From NCBI GenBank assembly GCA_003971905.1, contig RSEE01000017.1, positions 248,001 through 312,000 on the forward strand: DNA of 64,000 bases. Direction: 5' to 3'. Position numbers and translations under genes: made by a program. A model generated the notes under the pieces. It did no database searches. It was not told the origin of the DNA and saw only the letters and a program-made list of their open reading frames with translations. Within the stretch, counting starts at the first letter, position 1. Each line of letters starts with the position of its first letter. The DNA is from Moniliella sp. 'wahieum' (taxonomy: Eukaryota). Below, one piece after another: positions 41,661-57,858 of the stretch.

Positions 41661-42256
41661 CTCTCACTAAACACGTCTATTGACTCACAGTCAATCAACT
41701 TTTTTGAATGCTTTGAATTGATCAACATCATTGATCAGGAATATCTCATCTTATTTCGATCCGTGGGCCAATGACCGAAATATCCCTGCCCTCACAACTC
41801 TCTGTCTGCACTTTTTGCATCCCCTCGATCGATATGTGTGTGTGCACTCCCATCGTCCACAAACAGGTTTGACTATGGTACAACAGGGGGAAAACATTGA
41901 CGGCAGAGAATATGATTACAAGTGTCCATCCGTAGCAGACATTCTGCCATGAAAATAGGGCCACCTCATCGCTAGTGGATGGGCATCTCGCTCCGATTTG
42001 GTATCGTGTGGCCGGTTTGTTCTCATACGGCTTCCCTTTGTATAATGATCCGTGTGAGCATGACTGATGCCGATATTTACTACTTCACCTATTGACCGAG
42101 AGCGCGTTATACGCGTTAACCACAATAGCATCTAGCCAGGATAGGAGCACCCACAGTTACTACGCATGCTCTACGCTTTTACAGGTTTTGAGACGGGGAA
42201 CCCACCATGATTTGTTTGCCTCGTTATTACTCAACAGTCTGAGTATAGTCTCTTTC

Positions 42257-42900
42257 TGCAAATTAAAGACGGGAGGAACCCAAGGATTTGGGCGGCGAAC
42301 CTGTGGAACTGTAGAGCGATGCAATCGCGGCGGTGTGGTCGTGACCGTCTTGTTGACCACCGGGGGTGCAGAGCTCATCGGGCTCTGGTACCACGTGTGT
42401 GCCCCGTCACACGCAGTGCATCGGGGAACCCCGTCCCGGACCTTCCACGCACTTCCACTTGCTTACGGCCCCGGTACTCCGCACGAGCCATAGGTCTAGC
42501 TCTCCTTAGCTTCGCAAATCTATACCTCGGAGGTCAAACATAAGAAGGCCAAAGGGTGAGGAGAGAAGGTGCCATAATTTCGACCTATGTGAACCAGATT
42601 ACGACTAGGGCGGCTTATCCCCCATATATTGTTGGCAGGTACCCAATCGTTCTCCGTCTCGGGGAAGCGGACGAAGGAGACCACAGGTATACCGGAACTG
42701 GCGACGGTACCAACGGGGGTTGAGGATGCGCTTGGCCAACCAGTGCTCTTCGCCTCGCTCAACCTCGGGTAGTGGAGGTAGCGGCCCATGTGGGGCTGGT
42801 ACCGCGTCGAAACGATATGGCTCGAAAGTGGAAACGTTGAGCACAGGATGTATATTAATTGATGGGGAAGATCAACCACAAAAGCCTCTGCTCGTCCCTA
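42257..42900 (-). mobile_element. Degenerate chromovirus 3' end: integrase C-terminus/chromodomain remnant plus family-B 3' LTR (about 42604-42257)
   Basis: Frameshifted IHPVLNVSTFEPY...GEEHWLAKRILNPRWYRRQFRY...FPETENDWVPANNI. The downstream sequence matches the 23441-23678 solo LTR. Confidence 0.8.
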
Positions 42901-43691
42901 GCTCGGCTCGGATCCACCAACAACTAGCCCAAGCCCGAGACTATCGTGGGTCGTCCTACCATCGTCTCCTAAGGGATCGTATTCCACCAAACTGGGTGAG
43001 TTCCCTCTATCGCGGGGCCCGCCCGTGACCGGGATCCCAACACTTTCTTTTCATCATTGTGGTATTTGCGCGGGGGAACTGAATACAGGACACTCTCCGA
43101 TGAGCACTCTACAAGAGAAGTCGCCAATTGATTGGTCACGGCGAGCGGGAACGATGTTGGCAAGTGACAAGCCGAAGAGCGATGGTGGGGAGTGACAGGA
43201 CACCGACTGTGCAAAGAAGGAAGAGGACAGGAAATGAGCGTCCCTGAAGAGCAACTGCACCAGCCTATTACAGGCAAGCTATCACTCTCCCACGGCACGA
43301 CAGTGGCTCTTCCCATCTCCTGTTCACCATCTCCCAACAGCTCGCATCCGCATTTACCTTGTCCAAGATGATCTCGATGATTGCCACTCTTTTGGTACTC
43401 CTTTTAATTATCTTTTGTTTTTGATGCCCTTTCGAACCCTCCCATTTAATGACGAGAGAGCGTGTATAGACGCATCTCTCGCTTACTACTTCAGATTAAT
43501 TATACACAGAGCGCGAAAAAGGGCGCCCACCATCCTCCGCCAGGCGGCCAAGCGTGATACAGGGAACCACCAACTGAATGCCAAAGGACTCTGCCGGTGG
43601 TGGCAGTAGCACGGGTGGTCATTTAGGGCAGAAGGAGTCTGGTTGGTGCACAATCTACAGAGGAAGCACCGAGTGGTCTGCGTAGAGATAC

Positions 43692-43872
43692 TGTCATAGT
43701 TTGGCTGATCTCGCTCCCATTTCCAATTTCTTCGTCTCGAGCGTCTCGCTCCTTCCCTGTTCCTTCCACTTCGCACCATGTCCTCTGTTCTTGCTTCTTC
43801 CCCACGAACGATTGCTACACCCCTTGGCCTAGTCTGATCCTGGTCTCCCTCGCCTTAGCCCCGACTGTGACA
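43692..43872 (+). repeat. 5' LTR (181 bp), family A
   Basis: Differs from the 3' LTR only by five single-C run-length differences. Confidence 0.97.
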
Positions 43873-43913
43873 TTATCGTTCGTCTAACCGTCAACAGGCG
43901 AACCCGACCAGAG

Positions 43914-45200
43914 ATGTCCTCGATCCACGACAACCCCCTGACCCCAGTAACCCTAGCGCGCCGCAACCCATCGCGCGGCGCGGCCCGATCCGACCCCCGT
44001 TCGACCCCCCCTCTGACGCTCCGTTCGACGACGATGGCCCGGAGTGGTTCCACCCGGCTGGCCCCTCTGGACCCCCCCATGCAGCTCCGTCTGTTGCGCC
44101 CGCGCCCCCGGGGTATACATTGCCTGCCTCCGACCTGTCCGGGCTGGGCCTCGAGGCCGCTCAGCGCCGGGTCGATGAGGCCCGCAGAATGCGCCAGCTT
44201 CTGTTGATGGAGGCCCGGGAAAATCAGGCCTACCTTGCAGCCCAGGAGGACCAGCACCGCGCTTTCGAGGCTGAGCAAGAGGCGAAGCGCCGTGAGCACC
44301 GCCTCCGTCAGCGGCGGGAGGAGGCGGCGCTCGCCGCGGAAGAGGCCCGGTTGGCCGCCTCGGTCCGGGAGGCTCAGACTGGCGTGGCGTCCTCGGCCCC
44401 CGCCCCCGCTCCCGCCCCTGGGCCTTATGGTGATCTGACCGCCATCCCGAACAAGGCGTCGGAAGAGCCGAAGATGTTCGAGCCCGCTCGTTTCCACCCG
44501 TCGTCTGGTGCGAACCCCACATCTCGTGACCGGGTCCAGGCCCAGCACGTCGTCACCTCCTTCGAGATTTACGCGCGCGTCGCCCTCACGCATATGGGCG
44601 CGGCGGCATGGATTGACCGCTTCATGGGCCTGCTGCAGGGGGAGGCCCTCACTTGGGTCGAGCAGTTCGGTTCGGAGGTGGCCCTCCCCCTGGAGGCGCG
44701 CACCACACCCGCCCTCCAGTCTTGGCCTGCGTTTCACGCAGCTTTCCTGGAGCAGTGGGGCGAGCGCAACCCGGCGCTGAAGGCGTTTGAGGAGTTTGGT
44801 CGTCTTCGGCAGACGGGATCTGCCGCGGACTATTCCGCTACGTTCACGTTTCTGCTGCGTCGCTGGAACCCAACGCGTCGGATGAGGACCGCTACTATTG
44901 CTTTCTGTACGGCTTGAAGCCGCGGGTGCGTGACGCAATCGCCTCCCGCGGCGAGTCGGCTCACTTGGGACGGATCAGTTTCGAACAACTGCGCACAGCG
45001 GCCATTGACATCGACTAATCGCAATCGCTGGGCGCTCATGGTACCGCAATCTCCCCGGGATCGGGCGGCAATCATTGGTTTCGGCCCTCGTCGCCCGAAG
45101 CGGAGCCCATGGACCTCAGCGCAGTCACCGCCACCGCTGAAGCGGCGCCCGGCGCACCGAGCGCCGCGCTCAAGGTGCAGTGCCGTGATCACCATATGCC
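43914..45200 (+). CDS. Retrotransposon Gag (capsid); frameshifted, no intact CCHC knuckle seen
   Basis: LLQGEALTW, SWPAFHAAFLEQW, FGRLRQTGSAADYSATF, FLYGLKPRVRDAI and EPMDLS. Confidence 0.85.
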
Positions 45201-45223
45201 TTCCACGACTGTACCCCGGCCAC

Positions 45224-45540
45224 AGCCCCAACTCCCGCCCAAGCCCCAACTCCCGCCCAAGCCCCAACTCCCGCCCAAGCCCCAAGCCCAGCCCAAGCCC
45301 CAAGCCCCAAGCCCAGCCCAAGCCCCAAGCCCAGCCCAGCCCAACTCCCGCCCAAGCCCCAACTCCCGCCCAAGCCCCACCCAGCCCCAGCCCCAAGACC
45401 AGCCCAAGCACCAAGACCAGCCCCAGCCGCAAGACCAGCCCCAGCCGCAAGACCAGCCCAAGCACCAAGACCAGCCCCAGCCCCAAGACCAGCCCCAGCA
45501 CCCAGACCAGCCCAAGACCAAGACTACGCACCAGCACCAG
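45224..45540 (+). repeat. Coding-phase 18-bp tandem repeats (CCCAACTCCCGCCCAAGC and CAAGACCAGCCCMAGC variants) encoding a Pro/Gln or Pro/Ser linker
   Basis: Read directly. It occupies the position where PR-RT-RH would normally lie. Confidence 0.9.
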
Positions 45541-45679
45541 CACTCGCCCGGGCCCCGGCCCAAGTCCACCTCCTCATCTAACCCCATCTCGCCCCCCTCT
45601 GTCAACTCGATTCCTTTTCCCTCCTCGGTTCCCTCCCGGCCCGCTGGCGCGGCACCTCAAGTACTGGCGGAGCCCATGT

Positions 45680-47260
45680 CCGAACGTTCTGCGCGCCGCC
45701 CTCAAGCTCATGTCGGCGGACCCCGATACACCGGTGGTGGAGCGAGTGTCTGCCGACGAGACTCGACAGCGCATCCGCCAACTCGTGCCTCGTGACCCTC
45801 GTTGGTCCCTTGCTACGGCTCCAAGCCCACCTCGCCATGCTTTGACGGTCCGCGACGGTCTTTTGTGGCACGGAAACCAGGTCTACGTCCCCGGCGACCG
45901 GCCGATCCGCGCTGCCATTCTCCACCAAGCCCACGACTCGGCATTGGCGGGCCATGAAGGGCGCGACAAGACGTTGGCCCGTGTCCGCGCTCAATTGGTG
46001 GCCCGCCTGTCAGCCGACGTGTGGGCCTACGTGCGCTCGTGCGACCGCTGCCAACGGACCAAAGCGCCTTGCCACCAACCCGCCGGACCCCTTCAGCCCC
46101 TTTCCCCTCCCCAAGGCCCGTGGACCCCTTGACGATGGACCACATTACCAGCTTCCCCGATCCAATGGTTACGACGCGATTCTGGTGGTGGTGGATCGTT
46201 GTACCAAAATGGGTCACTTCATTCCCGCCCACACGACGGACACTGCGCCCCAGCTCGCACGCCAGTTTGTACACCATGTCTTTCGCTACCATGGCCTTCC
46301 CCGGGATGTGGTAAGTGATCGGGGACCGACCTTCACAAGCCACTTCTGGCAAGCCTTGTGTGCCGACTTGGGCATCAAGTCGAGCCTCAGCACCACGTCC
46401 CACCCCCAGACGGACGGCCAGACTGAGCGACTCAACCAGATCCTCGAACAGTACCTCCGCTGCTACCTCGACGAGCAGCAGTCCAACTGGTTCGACCTCC
46501 TCCCCACGGCCGAATTCGCCTACAACTCGTCCTCCCACTCAAGCACCCACCAGTCCCCCTTTGTCCTCACCTATGGTTACTCTCCCCGGGGGGAGTTGGA
46601 GCCCTCCACTTCGCCCGTGCCCGATGCTGCGCCATATTTGGAGGACTTGCGCTCGGCCCAGGCGGTGGCCCGCCGCACGCTCGCCGCGGCCCAGGACCGC
46701 TACAAGCATTATGCCGATCAGCAGCGCACCGAGGCGGCTTCCTTCACTGCTGGCCAGCCTGTCTTGGTCCGTCGGGACGGCTATGTGCCCAGCCAGCGGC
46801 CTTCTGACGGCCCCGACTATCGCTACCTCGCGGCCCCTTCCCCATTGTCCGCGCCGTGGGCCGCGCCGCGTACCAGGTCCGCCTCCCCGACTACCTACAC
46901 CTCCATGACGTGTTCCATGTGTCCCGCTTGCGAGCCTACACCCTTGGTGACGTGGTCCCTGCCCGCTTGATCGAGCCCCCGCCTCCTCTCCCCGAGTATG
47001 CTGATGATGGTGAGGTTCATCACGAGGTCGAACATGTTCTCGACTCTCGCCGCAAGGGTCGTGGTGGCCGCATTGAGTACTTTGTTCACCTCCGGGGCTA
47101 TCCTGTCCACGAGAGGGAGTGGGTACCCGCTGCGGACATGTCTCATGACGCCGAGCCAGTGGTCCGTTTCCACGCCCTCTACCCGATAAGCCTGTCTCCC
47201 ATGCCCGCCGACTCGCCCTCTCTCGCCTCCGTCGCCGCCCGGGAGATGAGGTCTGAAAGG
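45680..47260 (+). CDS. Integrase (HHCC + DDE core) and chromodomain; frameshifted
   Basis: AHDSALAGHEG...CDRCQR; LTMD, VVSDRGPTFTS and HPQTDGQTERLNQILEQYLR; LHDVFHVSRL; HEVEHVLDSRRKG...EYFVHLRGYPVHEREWVP. Confidence 0.93.
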
Positions 47261-47266
47261 GGGCAA

Positions 47267-47442
47267 TGTCATAGTTTGGCTGATCTCGCTCCCATTTCCA
47301 ATTTCTTCGTCTCGAGCGTCTCGCTCTTCCCTGTTCCTTCCACTTCGCACCATGTCCTCTGTTCTTGCTTCTTCCCACGAACGATTGCTACACCCTTGGC
47401 CTAGTCTGATCTGGTCTCCTCGCCTTAGCCCCGACTGTGACA
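47267..47442 (+). repeat. 3' LTR (176 bp), family A
   Basis: Direct repeat of 43692-43872. Confidence 0.97.
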
Positions 47443-49180
47443 GATACGCTCTACATTTTAATTTTCAAGTGGCGGCGATAGAGTATTACGTACATCTCTG
47501 GAATGCAATTTCAAAGATCTCGTTCTGCGGTCCGGTTAGAGTTTATCTGCAGGCTACAAGTACAGGCGTCCGACGTGAGTTTCTGGCCCACCACATCGCT
47601 CGGCTACGTTGTTGACCGCCGCCGGCATGCGCTCGCTCGCCGCCTCCACAGGCCATGCAGGGTTGGACGCTGCGCTGATGGTCTGGGATATGGTCCAATG
47701 CTGCCTACAGAAACACTGCCGCCTCTCCTTGTCATTCTCCCTCTCCAATGTGCCGCCGGCGGACATCGTGCGCCTCCGCCATGCCATGTCCGTCTGGTCC
47801 ATCGATGCGCACCAGTGGGATTCTCGGGGCACCGAGCTTCAACCGGTGCTTGATCTGGCAGTCGCATCTTGCCCATGATGCCAGGGCTGGTATTGCCTCT
47901 CGCTGGGCCCAAGGTGACGCGACGCGTATCCTTGTGGTCAGTGCCCCGCCCAGTTTGGACGCATTTACTCTGCCCGACGAGCAGGGTCCATCGAGCTTGG
48001 CCTGGCTGCTCTCTTCTGCTCCGCTCCAACTTTCCAAGGCTGGTGAGCAGGTCCTGATTGTGCTTCTTGATGGGCAACTTACCTCCCTGCGTCGCCAGCG
48101 GATCTGTATCCCGTACCTGCCCCCCTTCCTTGTTCAGCCCCGCCTCCCCTTTACAGTCAATGGGTGCAGTGACTGTCGTAGGCGCCTTCCAGGACGGGTC
48201 CTACTCGTTTAAATCTCCTGCACGCTCCATGCTCATGCCTACTCCACCCAATGAAGTGCGAGCGCTTCCATCCGCGGGAGGACAAAAGCGGAAACGCATT
48301 GCTTCTGAGATCGAGGAGACGGCGGACGACTCGGTTCTCGCATGGGGCAGGAAAAGATTGCCCCCTGCTCCCAGGAGATCCCTGCATTCTCACTTCTCAC
48401 TCCCCGTGGCTCGGGCACCCGCCTTCATCACCCTCGTTCCCGGCATCGTTCTCATACCTCCCGCCTCCGCCTCAGTCGTAATCATAGAAGGTTCCCATTC
48501 CTCCTTTCATTTTGCCTGCCAGATCAGCAGGCTGTATGCTCATCGCCATTCTCGTTTTGTCCTATGCATTCTCGGCCTTAATCTCATGCGCGTAAGGACC
48601 AACTGGCATCCATGCATGTCCCTCTTCCGTGATAGATGCTTGTAAGCAGCCAATAAGGCTAGCACTTTGTCCTTCCCGCTTTCGTTACACTGGGGGCTTT
48701 TACTCCTTCTTTGCTGTTGTGGCTTTGTTTCGCACTTCTTGCGTTTTTATTCCTTGGCCGTTGTCTGCGCTTCTTTTTAGACGTTGTGGCGCAAGTGTTA
48801 AAGCATGCCTACGGGTTGGATAAACCGGATGTAGAGCCAGTGAGTACGGATGAGCGAAGAGAGGGACATATGAGTGGTGAGCTATCTCCAAAGAGGGTCT
48901 GCCGAAGGTTCCTTCCAGGTTCAAGTAAAGTATCAATCCCACGTGCAGATGTGATGATTCGGTATGCAATGCGCGGGATAGGGACCACCTCTCTAGGCTC
49001 TGGCAAGTAGTAATGCCAAAGGAAGGAGGGGAGAAATCCACCAGTGCTTCCCCTGCCCCTAGAGCGGACCCCAGCGGCTAGGTTGCGGTAGTATGGGAGG
49101 GGGGGGGGGGGAATGCGAACAAAGACATGATACAATGGAGGAAAACGAGAGAGTAAAGCGGAGGGAAAGGGGCGACGCGC

Positions 49181-49741
49181 TTACTCTTGGGGAACCTCGA
49201 TTTCGCCCTCGTTGATCGCGTCAATAATGTCATGCGGAGGGCGGCGGTCGACGCGGCAGCCGACCGACTGGGCCGTACCGAGGATCTCCTTCACTACGCC
49301 GGACAGGTCCTTGGCAAAGGAGCGCGGGCGCATGGTGCGTGCAATCTCAACAATCTCATCAAAGGGAATGTTGCCACCGTGCTTGATGTTCTTCTCCTTT
49401 TTGCGGTCGCGGGGGGGCTCCTTCAACGCGCGGATGACCAGCGACGAAGCCGAGGGAACCACCGACACAGCCGCCTGGCGATTTTGCACGACCAACTTGA
49501 CCGTCACCCGCAGACCCTTCCACTCGCCGGTTGCCTTGGCAATGTCCTCACCAATCTTCTTGGGTGACTGTGGGGGGAAGGAAAGGCCGGGTCAGTATTC
49601 GTGGGATTCGGCGGGCACGGCACCACGTACCAGACCAAGGGGGCCGATCTTGGGGGCGAGCGCAGAAGAAGCGCCAACCTCACCGCCGGTGGCACGGAGG
49701 ATGACGGTAACAGGGATGGAGGGGTCAGCCTTGGGCGCCAT
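49181..49741 (-). CDS. RPL12: 60S ribosomal protein uL11 (L12)
   Basis: MAPKADP...[23 protein letters not shown], an intron at about 49631-49569, then [13 protein letters not shown]...[14 protein letters not shown]...[12 protein letters not shown]. Confidence 0.97.
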
Positions 49742-50755
49742 AGTGTCGAAGAGTGTCGATGGGTGGAGGAGACGTGGGGGACCTTGAAGCTTGACTTGGG
49801 ACTGGGACAGGCCCTGACCCACACGAGCAAGGCCAGAGGCAGACGAGGTAGGGGACGAAGGAAGGCACGTCCAGTGCCGTAGGGTTGCAGGCACTCCAGC
49901 AGTGCTCTCTGCCGCAGCACCCCCGGCCTCTGAACGTGCAACGTTCAAATTAATCGTGCTACACTGAAATTGCAAATGGCGGCCGGCAGCCTCCAGCACC
50001 AAAACTGATTCATGAGCATTCAAACGTACAACGGCTCTCCATTAGGGAATCAGAAGTAGCAGGGAGTAGCTATAGTAGCCCTCGCTCTTCCCAGGTTCGG
50101 AGCGACCCGAATTCCAGAGGACGGAAGTGTAGAAGGGAATGGGGAACAAGATAAATGAGTGGTTAGAGTGTTGGGCCGTCGAGGGAGTACCGCGGGGGGC
50201 AAGAACCTGGGCGGATGCAGACGCATTTTGCCGACAGAATGAAGGCAGGCGGATGAAAGATGATCGATGACGCTTGAAGTCAAGCTTGAAGTTGGTCGAA
50301 GCTGGAAGTTTGAAGGCAAGCAGTCAGGCTTCAGGCCTCAGGACGAAACAGAGGGCGTAACTGGGCCGGGACCTGTGCCTGTCCATAGGAGAAGCAGGAC
50401 GCGAACGCGCGTCGCGCCCAGCCTTTTTGCACTTAGCTGGCGACGCGTCAGGCACTGCACCAGTGCTGCCAGGGCATACCTGCATCACTGGTTGCCGATC
50501 AGTGGACCGGTGACAGGCACCCACCCGGTGCAGCTTCCCAGGGGCAGACTCATCACCAGGTGATGTCAGCGGCTGCATCCGACGAGGCGAACGTCCTCAT
50601 CGACTCATCGGTCTCATCGGCCATTAGCGCTGTCGTTTGCGTCTGGCATTTCAGCGGGGTTGCCGAAGCGGCCAGAACTACTACAGGCCACCTCCACCCT
50701 CTCCAACCCCAACCCTCCCGTTCGTCGTGTCGCGCAAGCTGGACACCTCCCGTCC

Positions 50756-55134
<4,379 letters not shown>

Positions 55135-55675
55135 GCGTGGTTGAGCTTTGGGGGAGATGGGATGGACGAGCATCGACGATAATCGATAATCGATAATGTG
55201 GAGCACCGCGGGGCTGCGCGACACCGGCTAGGCTGCGGTGATGCATGACACTGCTGTCGTGCCTCGGCTGCTCGGCTGCTCTCCTCGGTTGTTCTCGCGC
55301 TCGCGGCATCGGCCGGCCGGGCAGCACTGCGCCACACCCGCTGGCTCCGGCCCTGCTGCGGCACGGGGCGCACGCCCAACCACACCAGATATGTTCGGGG
55401 GCGCAGCAACCTAGCAACCGCCCCTCGCCAGTCCCCGCCAGCCCTCCCCCACATTGCCCGGACACGTCCCGTGTGCGGTCGTTGCTCTGCCACCCTGCGG
55501 CACCTTGCTGCGTTTACAAAGAGCAGACCAGTTTTGCGTTCTGTTACCCTCTTTTCTCAGGGACGCTGGGACATAAAACTCACCCCATTCCGTCATTACT
55601 GGTATCCTCACCATCACCACCACCCTTCTACCCCCCCCTCTCAAGATCATCCATCGTAGCAGCAGGTCCGCAACC

Positions 55676-57377
55676 ATGGCACCGATGGCGCATCGCATCC
55701 AGGACCGGGTCCAAGAGCATCGGCAGCAAGTGTCTGGGTAGGCATGCTCCCTTTTGCGACTCTAAAGTCTGGCACTCACCTACAACATCCGTTTCTTTAG
55801 TTTTTGGGGCAATACTCTCCCCGCCTCCCATGCACGCTCCCCACCCACCCCCCATGTCGCCTCCTCCCTCCTTTTTCAATCCTGCTGGAGCCACTGGGCT
55901 GTCCCAGGACACAACAGCGGCCCTCCTCCAATGCCCGCACCCCGCACTTGGCGGGGGCACGGCCCGGAGCTCATCCAAGCTCCCAGCGTAATGATTTTTT
56001 TGCCCCACCCAACAACCCAGTAGGTGGCTTTTTTGCCCCACCTCCGCCGGGTTTCGGCCCACCACAGGGACTGGCGAGTTCTCAGGTTCCTCATAACTCT
56101 TTACCGCCTCACGGCGGACCAGGCGTCGGCTTTGCCCCCCCGGTATCGCAACCACCTCCCCTTTGGATTTGGGGCAATCCACAGCAAGGCCCTATTGGAC
56201 CTGCCGCGTACCAACACCTACCTGTACGGTTTGAGCGTCCTACGGGAATGAAAATGGACAACGGCATGTCGTACGAGTACTCCAGCATGACGGGCAAGCG
56301 CAAGGCTCTACTGATTGGGATCAACTATGTGGGGACCAAAGTGGCCTTAAAGGGATGCTGGAACGATGTAGACAACATTCTTGCTTTCCTTATCACACGC
56401 GGAAACTACAAACGAGAGGACATTGTTATCCTCACCGATCGCGACCGCAACCCCGCGTACCGTCCCCACCCGAGCCAATATGACCGCTGGAATGAAGTGG
56501 TTGGTACAAGGTGCCAAGCCGGGTGATGCTCTTTTCTTTCATTATTCCGGGCATGGTGGTCAAGCCCCCGCCCACGACGGCGACGAAGAAGGTACGATTG
56601 GCATCGTTTTCTTGTGCTGACTTTTTGGCTTTTCATCGAACACCCATCTCTTCTTCCAAAACCTATATACTGACTGCCACAACTTTGTATTTGACTCTGA
56701 TTAGACGGACTGAACTCGACGATCATTCCTCTCGACTATGAACGGGCGGTCAAATTGAGGATGATGAGCTGCATGCCATCATGGTACGCCCACTGCCTGT
56801 GGGATGCCGCTTGACGGCAATTTTTGACTCGTGCCACTCGGGCACGGCACTCGACTTGCCCTATGTGTATTCGACCACTGGAAATATCAAGGAACCAAAG
56901 ATCTTCAAAGCATTGGGGAAGGTGCTGGAAGCCGTGTTGGATTATGCCCGCGGCGACACTATGGAAGCGGTCCGTGGGTTGGTCACAACTGCCTTCACGG
57001 TCAAAAACACAAGTTCGGCAGCAGAGATTACCAAACGTACACGTTCCTCGGGCGCAGATGTAGTGATGCTCTCTGGGTGTAAAGATTCACAGACGTCGGC
57101 CGACGCGGTCGAAGCTCAAAAAGCCGTTGGTGCCTGTTCCTGGGCCTTCATTACCGTGATGAACAAGCACCCTCGCATTACATACTACGGCTTGCTGAAT
57201 GCGGTACGGGATGAACTGGTAGCCAAGTACTCGCAAAAACCCCAAGTGCGTATACTCTTTTTTGGAACGGGGTGCATCAGTCTCTTCATCGTCTGCACAC
57301 TACTAATTTCTCTGCTTTTTTCTCTGCAGCTCTCTTCGTCGCATCCGATTGATCTATCACTGGTGTGGACGTTCTGA
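55676..57377 (+). CDS. MCA1: Type I metacaspase
   Basis: Pro/Gly-rich prodomain, YEYSSMTGKRKALLIGINY, LFFHYSGHGGQ (catalytic His), LTAIFDSCHSGTALDLPY (catalytic Cys), SGCKDSQTSAD and KYSQKPQ|LSSSHPID. Confidence 0.95.
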
Positions 57378-57858
57378 GAAGGGCTCCTGAACAAATTATA
57401 TATTTTCCTGCTCATACACTCAATGGAAATATGTCACATGTTATCCCTGGCGATGACCACGACGTCGTCGCGCGCAGTTCTGTTTCTCCCTTCAGCATCG
57501 CCACCTCCCATATATATGTTCTTCCCCGATCATCAGTCTCCGCCCCAGCTGTGCACAGGAAACAAACACGTTCTCGGGTTGTTGGAGAAAAATGGATGGC
57601 GACTGCTCCCGTTAGACGTTGAGGAGAGAATGAAAAGGTAGGACGTGTCGTGCCTGTCAATGACATCTGTGGAAGTCTGGAGAGCGAGGGAGAGATGCCA
57701 GGCGAAAACACAAAAGTATTTGGGGCTTGTGGGACCTCCGGAGTCCTGTAGGCTATTTGAGCTACTGTTATATTACGTAACTGCCGCGTGGACTAATGAA
57801 ATTTCAGGGCGCGGCCGGACGCGTTGAAATCAACTCGTCGAGCGCGCCGCCCAGAGAA

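Larger units (their letters stand above)
43692..47442 (+). mobile_element. Ty3/gypsy chromovirus-type LTR element lacking protease, RT and RNase H (non-autonomous)
   Basis: LTRs at 43692-43872 and 47267-47442 (TG...CA), TSD GATAC at 43687-43691 and 47443-47447, and purine tract GAAAGGGGGCAA before the 3' LTR. Gag, integrase and chromodomain are readable. Confidence 0.95.

Noticed and set aside
47500..48645. Protein-like ORF fragments after the 3' LTR, possibly a gene disrupted by the insertion
   Set aside because: No recognisable domain, and joining the flanks across the TSD did not give a convincing continuous frame.
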